Shown here: piece by piece, positions 1 through 12,149 of the stretch | Position numbering within the stretch: the stretch's first letter is position 1 | Layout: every line of letters begins with the position of its first letter | Source: Macrostomum lignano | Taxonomy: Eukaryota | DNA length: 64,000 nt | NCBI GenBank assembly: GCA_002269645.1 | Contig: NIVC01001364.1 | Coordinates: 1-64,000 of the forward strand | Direction: 5' to 3' | Made by a program: the position numbers and the translations under genes | The notes under the pieces: model-generated | Databases searched by the model: none | The model's input: the letters and a program-made list of their open reading frames with translations, nothing else | What the model was told of the DNA's origin: nothing

Positions 1-330
1 GAATTCAGCATAGATACCAGAATGTCAGCAGAATCACATAGCAGAATGTCAGCATAGATACCAGAATGTCAGCATAGATACCAGATGTCAGCATAGATAC
101 CAGAATGTCAGCATACATACCAGAATGTCAGCATAGATACCAGAATGTCAGCATAGATACCAGAATGTCAGCATAGATACCAGAATGTCAGCAAGAATGT
201 CAGCATAGATACCAGAATGTCAGCAAGAATGTCAGCATAGATACCAGAATGTCAGCATAGATACCAGAATGTCAGCAAGAATGTCAGCATAGATACCAGA
301 ATGTCAGCAAGAATGTCAGCATAGATACCA
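1..330. repeat. 20-bp minisatellite (CAGAATGTCAGCATAGATAC) with shortened variants, probably intronic
   Basis: Unit repeats from the window start to ~330; a polypyrimidine/CAG acceptor of the zinc-finger exon follows at 385. Confidence 0.9.
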
Positions 331-385
331 TTATGTAAAGGTACTGTCTAATACACCAGATCAAATATCTTCATTCCCTCCGCAG

Positions 386-780
386 CCGCTGAAGTGCACC
401 GTCTGCCACGTAATCTTTGATGACGTTTTCAAGCTGCGTCAACACGTCGAACTGGACGACGCGCCGGAGAATGCCCGCCGTCACGTGTGCTGCAAGTGCG
501 GGCGCGCCTTCTTGCGCCGCTGCTATCTGGCGCTGCACGTGGCCGGCGCGCACAAATTCAAACGACGCCACAACTGCCAGCTGTGCGGCAAGTCGTTTCT
601 ATTGTTAAAATGCCTCCGCCAGCACCAGGCCTGGGTGCATGCCGACGGGTCTGTGCGGAACTGTGCGGACTGCGGCCGGCAGATCAGAGGCGGCGCCGCT
701 GGCATGCGCGCCCACGCTGCCACTCACGCTTGGCGACTGCGGCTGCAGCAGGAAGAGGACAAGGCTGCGAGGCTTGGTCA
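386..780 (+). CDS. C2H2 zinc-finger protein, internal exon (about 4 fingers)
   Basis: ttccctccgcag acceptor, then PLKCTVCH...CCKCGRAF...HVAGAH...CQLCGKSF...HQAWVH...CADC...HAATH in the frame of ORF 485..808. Donor inferred at CA|GTGTGA (781), phase 2. Confidence 0.75.
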
Positions 781-805
781 GTGTGATGTCACTCGGGCTC
801 GCCTC

Positions 806-1226
806 TGACTGACTGACTCACTGACTGACACACTGACTGACTCACTGACTGACATACTGACTCACTGACTCACTGACTCACTGACTGACTAACTGACTGA
901 CATACTGACTGACATACTGACTGACTGACTCACTGACTGACTCACTGACTGACACACTGACTGACTCACTGACTGACATACTGACTCACTGACTGACTGA
1001 CTGACTCACTGACTCACTGACTGACATACTGACTCACTGACTGACTCACTGACTCACTGACTGACATACTGACTCACTGACTCACTGACTGACTCACTGA
1101 TTGACTCACTGACTGACACACTGACTCACTGGCTGACATACTGACTCACTGACTGACATACTGACTCACTGACTCACTCACTCACTGACTCACTCACTCA
1201 CTCACTCACTCACTCTGACTGACTGA
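806..1226. repeat. (CTGA/CTCA)n tetranucleotide microsatellite in zinc-finger intron
   Basis: Directly visible imperfect ACTG/ACTC array. Confidence 0.92.
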
Positions 1227-1264
1227 GTCACCAACTCACCCCATCTCTCTCGAACGCATTTCAG

Positions 1265-1856
1265 CCGAACTCGCCAGCAAGAGAAACTGTTTAAAAAGCA
1301 ATTAAGGGAGAAGAAGAAGACAAACAAGAAGAAAAGCACAGAAAAGGAGAACGAAACGCCCGTGTCGCGATTTCGTTGCGACGCCTGCTTCAAGGAGTTT
1401 CCTCGACTGTTCAATCTGCAGCGCCATCAGCGTCGGGTTCACGACCGGCCTCCTGCCCGCGGCGACGGCAGCGCGCAGCAACGCCGTCGCTCATCGTCCT
1501 CCAATAGCGAGGCAAGACCCTTCAAGTGCGAAGCTTGTGGCAAAGATTTCCGTTGGGAGCGCAATTTGAAGGCTCACTCGATTGCACTGCATGGCGAAGG
1601 CGATCGGCCGGTTGAGAACTCATTTCAATGCGGCCAGTGCGACAAGGTCTTCCCCACGAGGGCGAGGCTGGACACTCACAGCCGGTCGCATTACAGCGCT
1701 CGGCCATTCGGCTGCAACCAGTGCGACGCCGCCTACAAGCACAAGAAGAACCTGGTGGCCCACGTTCTGCGGTGCCACAGTGGGCTGGATCGGCAGGGTG
1801 ATGCCGCCGGTGACTCCAGCGACTCCACTTCGGAGGGGAACTCGGATGATGAGTGA
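1265..1856 (+). CDS. C2H2 zinc-finger protein, last exon (Lys-rich stretch, 4 fingers, acidic tail)
   Basis: catttcag acceptor at 1264 is phase-compatible with the upstream donor. Reads RTRQQEKLFKKQLREKKK..., then CDAC..HQRRVH, CEAC..HSIALH, CGQC..HSRSH, CNQC..HVLRCH; TGA 1854-1856. Confidence 0.8.
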
Positions 1857-2498
1857 CTCTGAGTGTTTTAGTGAATCCGAGTGTGACTTTGAGTGTTTTA
1901 GTGAATCCGAGTGTGACTTTGAGTGTTTTAGTGAATCCGAGTGTGACTTTGAGTGTTTTAGTGAATCCGAGTGTGACTTTAGGTGTTTTAGTGAATCCGA
2001 GTGTGACTGGGTGTTTTGGTGGATCCGAGTGTGACTTTGAGTGTTTTAGTGAATCCGAGTGTGACTTTGAGTGTTTTAGTGAATCCGAGTGTGACTTTGA
2101 GTGTTTTAGTGAATCCGAGTGTGACTTTGAGTGTTTTAGTAAATCCGAGTGTGACACTGAGTTGAGTGAATCCGAGTGTGACTCTGAGTGTTTTAGTGAA
2201 TCCGAGTGTGACTCTGAGTGTTTTAGTGAATCCGAGTGTGACTCTGAGTGTTTTAGTGAATCCGAGTGTGACTCTGAGTGTTTTAGTGAATCCGAGTGTG
2301 ACTTTGAGTGTTTTACTGAATCCGAGTGTGACTTTGAGTGTTTTAGTGAATCCGAGTGTGACTTTGAGTGTTTTAGTGAATCCGAGTGTGACTTTGAGTG
2401 TTTTAGTGAATCCGAGTGTGACTTTGAGTGTTTTAGTGAATCCGAGTGTGACTTTGAGTGTTTTAGTGAATCCGAGTGTGACTCTGAGTTGAGTGAAT
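1850..2498. repeat. 30-bp minisatellite (GAGTGTTTTAGTGAATCCGAGTGTGACTTT)
   Basis: About 21 tandem units starting at the zinc-finger stop codon. Confidence 0.93.
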
Positions 2499-3139
2499 CC
2501 GGTTGTCGTACAGAAACTTTAGCTACCTTTACTGTATTCAATAATCAAGTCGGATTGGGTATTTTTTAATATTCAGTGCAATAACATTTAACTTACACTT
2601 AAATTCTCTTTACCTAGTTAAAGTTCGTGGCAAGTTTCTTTATTTTTCGTTTCATATTACTCAATTCAGTAGTCTGCTTGAGAGGCTTGTTGAAGCATTC
2701 TGTTTTCCTTTCCATCTCTTTGAAACTTGGACACACAATATCCCAGGCTATGAGCGTCATACGTCTGTGGGTTTTTTATTTCCTATATTTCTGCGCTAAC
2801 ATCTTTTTGCTATTAATAAATGGTTGTTCAACTGTCAGCTTTTTAAGACAGGCATTTCATTACGAATTTTGGTGCACTTATTCTACCAATTGCTTAAAAG
2901 TATGGTTTTATTTATTTATGAAACACCTTGTACTCGTAGCTAAAGTGGCTCTACTTAAGTAGTATGAGCTGTTGTTACTTTCTATAGTTTTATAATTTGA
3001 AGTGAAATTATCGGGTGCTAAACATGCGATAGAAGATACTGATTGTCATAAGTACAGAACATTACAGACAGTAGTATATAGAGTATTGCCGGTTCCATGA
3101 TCAGTTATTATTAGCTAAGTTTCTTCCAATATTCTACCG

Positions 3140-3955
3140 ATCCATGAGAATCGAGGAGGCCCTGCATGCTGGGGAATCATTGGGCTCATTGCGCAGCTGA
3201 TCCATGAGAATCCAAGAGAGGCCCTGCATGCTGGGGAATGATTTGGCTCATTGCGCAGCTGATCCATGAGAATCCAAGAGAGGCCCTGCATGCTGGGGAA
3301 TGATTTGGCTCATTGCGCAGCTGATCCATGAGAATCCAAGAGAGGCCCTGCATGCTGGGGAATGATTTGGCTCATTGCGCAGCTGATCCATGAGAATCCA
3401 AGAGAGGCCCTGCATGTTGGGGAATCATTGGGGTCATTGCGCAGCTGATCCATGAGAATCCAAGAGAGGCCCTGCATGCTGGGGAATGATTTGGCTCATT
3501 GCGCAACTGATCCATGAGAGGCCCTGCATGCTGGGGAATCATTGGGGTCATTGCGCAGCTGATCCATGAGAATCGAGGAGGCCCTGCATGCTGGGGAATG
3601 ATTTGGCTCATTGCGCAGCTGATCCATGAGAATCCGTGAGAGGCCCTGCATGCTGGGGAATCATTGGGTCATTATGCAGCTGATCCATGAGAGGCCCCGC
3701 ATGCTGGGGAATCATTGGGTCATTATGCAGCTGATCCATGAGAGGCCCCGCATGCTGGGGAATCATTGGGGTCATTGCGCAGCTGATCCATGAGAGGCCC
3801 TGCATGCTGGGGAATCATTGGGGTCATTGCGCAGCTGATCCATGAGAATCGAGGAGGCCCTGCATGCTGGGGAATCATTGGGGTCATTGCGCAGCTGATC
3901 CATGAGAATCCAAGAGAGGCAGTGCATGCTGGGGAATCATTGGGGTCATTGCGCA
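3140..3955. repeat. 62-bp minisatellite with ~50-bp deletion variants
   Basis: Unit CCATGAGAATCCAAGAGAGGCCCTGCATGCTGGGGAATGATTTGGCTCATTGCGCAGCTGAT; starts at 3202, 3264, 3326 give period 62. Confidence 0.92.
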
Positions 3956-4125
3956 TCATGATTAATATGCTAGGTTGGGAATGACTTGTTTATCTTATCA
4001 GTTAACTTTCTACAATCGACAAGAGAGCAGTGGAGTTGATAGAACACATAACAGTGTACACTTTGATCCAAGGCGAGTGATGGCAGTGTGACAGTGCTTA
4101 GACAGAGAGCAAACTCGATCTGTCT

Positions 4126-4717
4126 TCACTCCGCCAGCCCGCTGTCCTTGTAGCCCTCATCGCCCTCGCCCTGGTCGCCGCTGCTGTCTTTGTTCCTCGA
4201 CAGCGCAGGCGGCATCGAAGGAGTCGCGGCGAGCTCGGCCTCGTCCTGCCGCAGCTGCTCAACCCGAAAGCCCACCGGCTGAGTGATGGAGAACAGAGAC
4301 TGTAGCGCTGGAGGCGGCAGCTGTCGGACCCCGCAGCCGCTTCCAACTCCGACGGCGCCACTGCCGCTGCCGCCGACGCCGGCGGCTGACAGCTGCGTGA
4401 ACAGCGACTTGCTGGCCTGCACGCGCGGTACTTGGAGTTTGGACGGCGACCGCGCGGCACCCGCGACTCTCGCAGCAGCCGGTCGATGCTGAAGGCATGC
4501 TGAAGGTTTTCGTTAGCAGCATCGTCGCCTTCCTCCGACGCAGCCGTCACTGTCGAACCGGCAGCGCTGCCCTGCGCTCCGGCCGTCCGCTGCTCCTCCG
4601 CTTTTCTACGACGTCGGCGCTCCTCGCGTTCAGCCTCGCGACGGCGCAGCTCGGAGGGATCGATGGGCTCGCCAGAGCAGCTCTGCGGCTGAGAGTTGTG
4701 CGCGGGCCGGCCGGGAC
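4126..4717 (-). CDS. unc-4: UNC-4/UNCX homeobox protein, last exon (1-nt frameshift at ~4427)
   Basis: Acceptor ctgcag|GT at 4718. Reads [28 protein letters not shown] (UNCX post-homeodomain motif) and an eh1-like HAFSIDRLL; [12 protein letters not shown] continues as (PR)VQASKS...[10 protein letters not shown] only after a frame change; TGA 4126-4128. Confidence 0.85.
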
Positions 4718-4749
4718 CTGCAGTCGGACAGGAGATTTAGAGAAAATGA

Positions 4750-6256
4750 GATCCCAGATCCCGATCCCAGATCCCGATCCCAGATCCCGATCCCAGATCC
4801 CGATCCCAGATCCCGATCCCAGATCCCGATCCCAGATCCCGATCCCAGATCCCGATCCCAGATCCCGATCCCAGATCCCGATCCCAGATCCCGATCCCAG
4901 ATCCCGATCCCAGATCCCGATCCCAGATCCCGATCCCAGATCCCGATCCCAGATCCCGATCCCAGATCCCGATCCCAGATCCCGATCCCAGATCCCGATC
5001 CCAGATCCCGATCCCAGATCCCGATCCCAGATCCCGATCCCAGATCCCGATCCCAGATCCCGATCCCAGATCCCGATCCCAGATCCCGATCCCAGATCCC
5101 GATCCCAGATCCCGATCCCAGATCCCGATCCCAGATCCCGATCCCAGATCCCGATCCCAGATCCCGATCCCAGATCCCGATCCCAGATCCCGATCCCAGA
5201 TCCCGATCCCAGATCCCGATCCCAGATCCCGATCCCAGATCCCGATCCCAGATCCCGATCCCAGATCCCGATCCCAGATCCCGATCCCAGATCCCGATCC
5301 CAGATCCCGATCCCAGATCCCGATCCCAGATCCCGATCCCAGATCCCGATCCCAGATCCCGATCCCAGATCCCGATCCCAGATCCCGATCCCAGATCCCG
5401 ATCCCAGATCCCGATCCCAGATCCCGATCCCAGATCCCGATCCCAGATCCCGATCCCAGATCCCGATCCCAGATCCCGATCCCAGATCCCGATCCCAGAT
5501 CCCGATCCCAGATCCCGATCCCAGATCCCGATCCCAGATCCCGATCCCAGATCCCGATCCCAGATCCCGATCCCAGATCCCGATCCCAGATCCCGATCCC
5601 AGATCCCGATCCCAGATCCCGATCCCAGATCCCGATCCCAGATCCCGATCCCAGATCCCGATCCCAGATCCCGATCCCAGATCCCGATCCCAGATCCCGA
5701 TCCCAGATCCCGATCCCAGATCCCGATCCCAGATCCCGATCCCAGATCCCGATCCCAGATCCCGATCCCAGATCCCGATCCCAGATCCCGATCCCAGATC
5801 CCGATCCCAGATCCCGATCCCAGATCCCGATCCCAGATCCCGATCCCAGATCCCGATCCCAGATCCCGATCCCAGATCCCGATCCCAGATCCCGATCCCA
5901 GATCCCGATCCCAGATCCCGATCCCAGATCCCGATCCCAGATCCCGATCCCAGATCCCGATCCCAGATCCCGATCCCAGATCCCGATCCCAGATCCCGAT
6001 CCCAGATCCCGATCCCAGATCCCGATCCCAGATCCCGATCCCAGATCCCGATCCCAGATCCCGATCCCAGATCCCGATCCCAGATCCCGATCCCAGATCC
6101 CGATCCCAGATCCCGATCCCAGATCCCGATCCCAGATCCCGATCCCAGATCCCGATCCCAGATCCCGATCCCAGATCCCGATCCCAGATCCCGATCCCAG
6201 ATCCCGATCCCAGATCCCGATCCCAGATCCCGATCCCAGATCCCGATCCCAGATCC
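4750..6256. repeat. 13-bp satellite (GATCCCAGATCCC)n, ~116 near-perfect units, inside unc-4 intron 4718-6297
   Basis: Directly visible; explains the four long low-complexity ORFs in the track. Confidence 0.97.
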
Positions 6257-6297
6257 ACAGCAACAAACAATTGGTAGGAATTTCTCACGTCTCTCAC

Positions 6298-6519
6298 CCT
6301 TCCTCGTGTTGTCCCGCTTTCTCCACTTGGCGCGCCGGTTCTGGAACCAGACCTGCACCCGGGACTCGGCAAGCTCGAGGCGCAGGGCCAGCGCCTCTCT
6401 CGTGAACACGTCCGGGTAGTGGCTGTCCTGGAATGCCCTCTCCAGCTCCTCCAGCTGCCAGGAGGTGAAGTTTGTTCGGGTCCGCCGTCGCTTGCCAGCG
6501 GAGTCCATCAGCAGGTCGT
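6298..6519 (-). CDS. unc-4: UNC-4/UNCX homeodomain exon
   Basis: [66 protein letters not shown] is a Q50 paired-like homeodomain of UNC-4 type; acceptor gtctag|AC, donor G|GTGAGA. Confidence 0.95.
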
Positions 6520-6625
6520 CTAGACAACGATAGGCGGCCATGCAGGTCTTTGTTACTACTTGGGAGAATATTTAGCATATCTGGGCAGTGTAAATATTGC
6601 TCAGAGTAAAATATGAGCAGTTTAC

Positions 6626-6986
6626 CTGTTGATGAAGCAGCGGCCTGGCAGAGCTTGGAATCTGGGCAGGAGGGCATGAAAAGCGTCGAATGAGGGTGCA
6701 GTTGGTGGTAGCTCAGCTGCTGCTGCTGCGAGCTGGCACTGATGGGGCTGTCTGCCCTGTCCTCAAGCTGCTGATCTTCGGCGTCTCCTTCAAAGCCGGA
6801 GGACAAGTTCAGAGGCAGCCCAGCCTCCTCAGCTGGCGGCGGCTTGACTTGGCAGAGCCAGGACAGCGGCGGGAACATCTTTGCCAGCGGCAGGGGGAGA
6901 GGGAACTGCGGATGCTGCTGCTGCTGCGGCGGCGGCTTCATCTGCTGACTGCTCAGCGCTAGGCAGAGTGGGTTGAGCTGCTCCAT
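6626..6986 (-). CDS. unc-4: unc-4 N-terminal coding exon (Gln/Pro-rich); start uncertain
   Basis: Part of ORF 6294..7244. Phase-1 donor ACA G|GTAAAC at 6625 fits the phase-1 acceptor at 6519. ATG taken at 6986 (MEQLN); the ORF is open upstream to 7244. Confidence 0.6.
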
Positions 6987-9900
6987 TTCAGATGTAGCTG
7001 TTAACAAGATCCCTTGATTTGAGTTGGCTACCAAGTAGAAGTTTTCCCAAAAATTGTGCTTCAGATCATTATAAATAATCCTGCAGTGTTGCTGCTGCTG
7101 CTGCTGGCGGGGCGGAGGCGGCGGGCGAGCGGGCCGACCTGATTGGCTGGCTGATGACTGGAGCCAGTTTCGGCCCGCGAGCATTGAGTCTGCTCCTCTG
7201 CGCTGCGTGGGCTCCTGCTGCAGTCTATCGTCCCAGTGGCCCAATCGCTAGTCAGACCTAATGAGACAACTGTGAATCGGTTTAAAATTCTCAAACAGTT
7301 AATTTAGTGAGGCTTTCGCGTGAATTCATCCCAGTCGCAGCGAATTTGGCACACCTGTCTTCAACTTCAAACTACAAAGCCGCCTGTGCTTTTTTCACTG
7401 CCGCCCCGCCACTTTCAGGTTTCAAAAAGCGTTCACAGCAGAAATCGATGAAAGTGATATAAAAATGGCTTCATTAGCTCGTATGAGTTGGCTAATTGTC
7501 TCTGGATTCTGGAGGGAAAATGACTCAAACGAAATGAGCCTCATTTGCTCAGTTGAGTTTCCTCTCCAACAGCTTCAGCTTGGGATGACGGGATCTGACA
7601 ATTTGTCTCCCCCATTGTCTTTGTCTTGTTTTGCTGATAGACAAGCAACGGCCAGCATTCGAACGAAATGGACAAGACACCGAGGCATTTACCACTAGGA
7701 GTAAAACGGCTGCTCTAATCCCCCTCCCCCTGCCGCAGCCTCTCTCTAGTGAATTTGCATTTAAATTACTTTGCATAATTCTCGGATTTGTGCCGCCCAT
7801 GATAATGGATTAATTCACTGGGCTTTCTATAATTAAATTGCGCTGCTGGGGGTGGGGGAGGCCCCGGTCGAGTCTCCGCAGAGTCCGGCGTTGGTTGGGG
7901 GATATTGGCGATCGGCAATTAATTTTGGCCGCCGCCGCGAGACCCGCGGAGCAGCTCACGGCCGACCGTCATCCTTCTGTGTAATTGTTTTCGCCGGGAC
8001 CGAACCCGAGCTCTCCCCTCTGCCGCTCATTAGGAAGGAATGGGGATTTGGGGCTGCGGGGGGGGGAGGGTTCGGCCCTGACTCCTCGGCCTTTATTTTA
8101 TGCTCGCTACAGAAATGGCAGTCAGGAAGGAGGCGCGGTCGCCCAGCTCACTCTGGGGCATTATCTCCCGCCTCCCCGATCCATCACTGCGGGCTTGACT
8201 GGCCTCTGCTGCCCATTTTCTCTCTGTGTGTTTCTGTTAACAGCCGCCCTGTTGATCTGGTGGCGAAATTGAAATTTACACTGCAACAGTTCAAAACCAA
8301 TTCAAAATGCTTTGAAGCTTTGACATCGAATTTAGCCTCCGATAGTACAATTGAGACACTCTCGATTGTCTATGGCTAAAAGCAAGGAACTTAAAAGCGA
8401 AACTTGAATTCTAATATTGACAACCAAAAGTCTATTTAGACAAGTTTTAGATAAGTATGATCGATGGTACATACATGTATCTTTCACTGCTTTCAATTCA
8501 AAACATTACAAAAAGAAAAGTCTAAACTCTAAATGGTGTTCTAAAAATTGAAATGACGGAATTGCAAATTGGTTTTGTTGAAATAGACAACAGTTGATGA
8601 TGTCAAGTTGTCAGATTCAAAATCTTACACAATTCATTTATCTGGGGTTGAGAACTCAATTAGCTATTAACAAATAATGCCTATGAAGCTCCAACAATAT
8701 AGTGTTAGGGCAAAATTCTTCAGATTTCCTTTGTGAACTCAGCCATATGCTTCTCCGTGTTCCTCAAATCTCTTTGTTCCCCGTGGCCTGACCCAGTCTG
8801 TCACTGATGAGACTCCACGCGACCGCTCGAGGGGTATAGGAGGCTGAAGATGTAGGTCCTGAATTTTACCCTCAGTGCGCATCGGTCATGGCGTTCTAAG
8901 GGCTAGATTTAGAGAGGCGCAACGCATCGACAACTGAAGCAGAAGGAAGGACGCGACACTCGCAAGTCGCCGCAAATAAATTCTCAATATCTGAAAAAAC
9001 TTGCGAAAGTTCGAAAGCGCGAAAAAGCGCGAAAGTTTAGGCTTAATTTAGGATAAGACGCAAACTAAAGTTTTTATTTTAGAATTCCATGAATGCTGTT
9101 GAAACTTGCAGTTGAGTCAGTGATTCGTTACCGCCCCTACGTGGAAGACAATGGACGGGCAGAGAAAACCTCCCTTCTGCCTCCTCTTGCCCGTGTTCTC
9201 TCACCTGTTAAAAACATTTTCGTTATTCACAATGCTATTAGAAATTTGGCTTGGCAGCCGCGGGACAGCATATCAATTACTCTCTCAATTTCTTCTTGCT
9301 AAAACTTTCTCGCTAGAGCAAGCGAGCTCGCAGTCAGGAAGGGAGGAAGGGAGAACCTTGGTGGGTCCATTTCCTGACTTTCCATCAGCCCCCCAAAACT
9401 GACAGCAGGTCTCAGTTCCTCCCCAGCTCCTCATTGACGCGTCTTGGGCGCACAGCCCAGCTCCATCCCCAGAATCGCATCGCTCTCGGGAGCTCTTGGC
9501 TTTTCCTGCTTAGCCCGCTGCCTAATACTTGAATTGTTTTGGCTGCGAGTTGCAGTTATTGTTGCGCACTACCTGTGTAGGAAATTGTATTACCGTGCAG
9601 GCCCCGGCCATGCAGGAAGCAATCCTGCTTTGCCAGGCAGATCCTGACTGACTGCTCCACAGCGACACCATGCCAGTCACTCATTTTGCTTTTCTTAAGT
9701 CATCCAGCTATTTATTGCTTCTTGTATAGTTATGTTTGCCCATCAAGAAAGACAGCCCGGTTGCGAACAATGAAGAAGGCAAAAAAGCTTTTAAGAAATT
9801 CTGAAAGCAACATTTAGAGAGACGGCCCCAGAATACTGCATAAAGCATTTATTTGTCTATTGTTTGCAGTTTTATTGACAAAGATTTCCTTTCTCAATCC

Positions 9901-10445
9901 TGCAGTGCCTCCGTCAAGGTGTGCAGTTTTAATGGACCCAAGAAAGCGCGCCTTGATTAGCAGCAGAAAAGGCAGCTGAAGACTCATCAGTTAAAGTTGC
10001 TCCCAGCCTCTACAACCGCCAAGTTTTCTTCAGTTAGCCTAGAGATTTGCGGAGATGCTTTTAAAGCCTTTTTTAATGCTTCACAACTTGAACGCATTCG
10101 ATAGCTGTTTTCTCTCTGGGGGTCGACAACTTTTCCTCCACCTTATGAGCTGCTCACCTCCGCAAATATCGGCCCAAGTCTACTGGGTTGTGTCTTAAAA
10201 ATATAAAATTTCATCCATTAAATGTAATTCGATGTCTTGTTGCATTTCACTGTATTGACACTTCCTTTTTGCTTCGCTTCTGGGTCTGCTAATGGAGAAG
10301 CATGCGAGCTGCCCCCTCGCTGATCGTGCTGGGAGAGAGAGAAGTTACCTGTGTAATTGGAATGAATGTCCTCGCTTCACTCTGCACCTGGCTTTGCGGT
10401 GAGAATATTGGAAGCTAAACATGCATCAGTGAAACTATATTGTAT

Positions 10446-11180
10446 GTCACCAAAGCGACCCGTCACCAAAGCGACCCGTCACCAAAGCGACCCGTCACCA
10501 AAGCGACCCGTCACCAAAGCGACCCGTCACCAAAGCGACCCGTCACCAAAGCGACCCGTCACCAAAGCGACCCGTCACCAAAGCGACCCGTCACCAAAGC
10601 GACCCGTCACCAAAGCGACCCGTCACCAAAGCGACCCGTCACCAAAGCGACCCGTCACCAAAGCGACCCGTCACCAAAGCGACCCGTCACCAAAGCGACC
10701 CGTCACCAAAGCGACCCGTCACCAAAGCGACCCGTCACCAAAGCGACCCGTCACCAAAGCGACCCGTCACCAAAGCGACCCGTCACCAAAGCGACCCGTC
10801 ACCAAAGCGACCCGTCACCAAAGCGACCCGTCACCAAAGCGACCCGTCACCAAAGCGACCCGTCACCAAAGCGACCCGTCACCAAAGCGACCCGTCACCA
10901 AAGCGACCCGTCACCAAAGCGACCCGTCACCAAAGCGACCCGTCACCAAAGCGACCCGTCACCAAAGCGACCCGTCACCAAAGCGACCCGTCACCAAAGC
11001 GACCCGTCACCAAAGCGACCCGTCACCAAAGCGACCCGTCACCAAAGCGACCCGTCACCAAAGCGACCCGTCACCAAAGCGACCCGTCACCAAAGCGACC
11101 CGTCACCAAAGCGACCCGTCACCAAAGCGACCCGTCACCAAAGCGACCCGTCACCAAAGCGACCCGTCACCAAAGCGACC
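10446..11180. repeat. 16-bp satellite (GTCACCAAAGCGACCC)n, ~46 perfect units
   Basis: Directly visible; source of the KATRHQSDPSPKRPVT pseudo-ORFs. Confidence 0.97.
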
Positions 11181-12149
11181 TCGCAATAACTGTTAAAATA
11201 AGAAAATGTTATTTTAATGAAATTAGGCCTAGGTCTAGATGTTATCTAAGCTATGTTATACTTTTGTCATGCGGAAAATTGCGACTGCAAATAAGGACCA
11301 AAAATAAAATGAATAGGCAACTAGCGAAGGAAGCGAAGAAGCCTCCCCCAGCTTTCTTCATCTATATGTATCCGCTTCTCTCTCTGCATCAGCGGTTTCC
11401 AACCAAGCCCGGCGCCGAGGCCTGAGCAGACGGGAACTGGGCAGCTCTATTAATTAGACATCGGTCACCAATCTGACAAGGATTTACTGCAGCCGGGACC
11501 GGCATCTCTGATTCAATCAGGCCCGGGGATTTCACTCCCCGCTTTCCCTCTTCCCTAGACGAACCTCCCCTCCCCCCAGTATCGCATCGCTAACCTCAGA
11601 TTGGCAATGTTCCAGTCCGTTCATCCCTCGGCGTCAGGACACTGCGGGAAGCCCCCGCGAAACTCGGAAACTCATTGAATTCGAATTGAATCCTTGGCGG
11701 CTGAATAGCTGGTGCGTCTCCGAGATTGACTACACGGGGTTGCATCTGGCCCGACGGAGTGGCGGAGGACCCGACAGCTTGACGAATTTGTTATTCCATC
11801 AGAATTTTGCTTTCTATTTCATTTCGCTTCCGTCTCTACCGCTGGGGCAGCCGAGCTAGCAAGTGGCGCGCTATCCCCCTGATACCGCGCATGCCCCCCC
11901 CCCAACCCACCATTGCCCGGGTGTCGCCCCACTGCGCTTGTGCTCTCCTCGCATCGCTTGGCTCGAGTTTAGAGCATACACTGGAGCAGCATCGTTTGTC
12001 TGTGTCCGGCCAGTCAGTTTCTCTAATTTCTATGCGTAGGTTTTGCCCAAATAAATTGGAGTCTGTTGTGACATTTTTATTTATTGTTATTCCGGCAGTT
12101 CTTGTGGCACGAAGTTTGCATAAATGGCTATTATAGTGAGTGTCCACCT

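Noticed and set aside
4497-6541. Long ORFs of 509-664 aa ([13 protein letters not shown] / [11 protein letters not shown] repeats), including an apparent homeodomain-repeat fusion
   Set aside because: They are translations of the 13-bp satellite. Canonical GT-AG sites at 6297 and 4718 join KG|PGRPAHN exactly as in UNCX, and the 1580-bp intron is not a multiple of 3.
8800-8860. CTGATGAG hammerhead-core-like motif (also on the minus strand near 9985)
   Set aside because: No downstream GAAA or closing stems could be found.
10446-11180. CRISPR-like appearance of the tandem arrays
   Set aside because: Units are head-to-tail with no unique spacers, the context is eukaryotic and there are no cas genes. 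The same holds for all arrays in the window.
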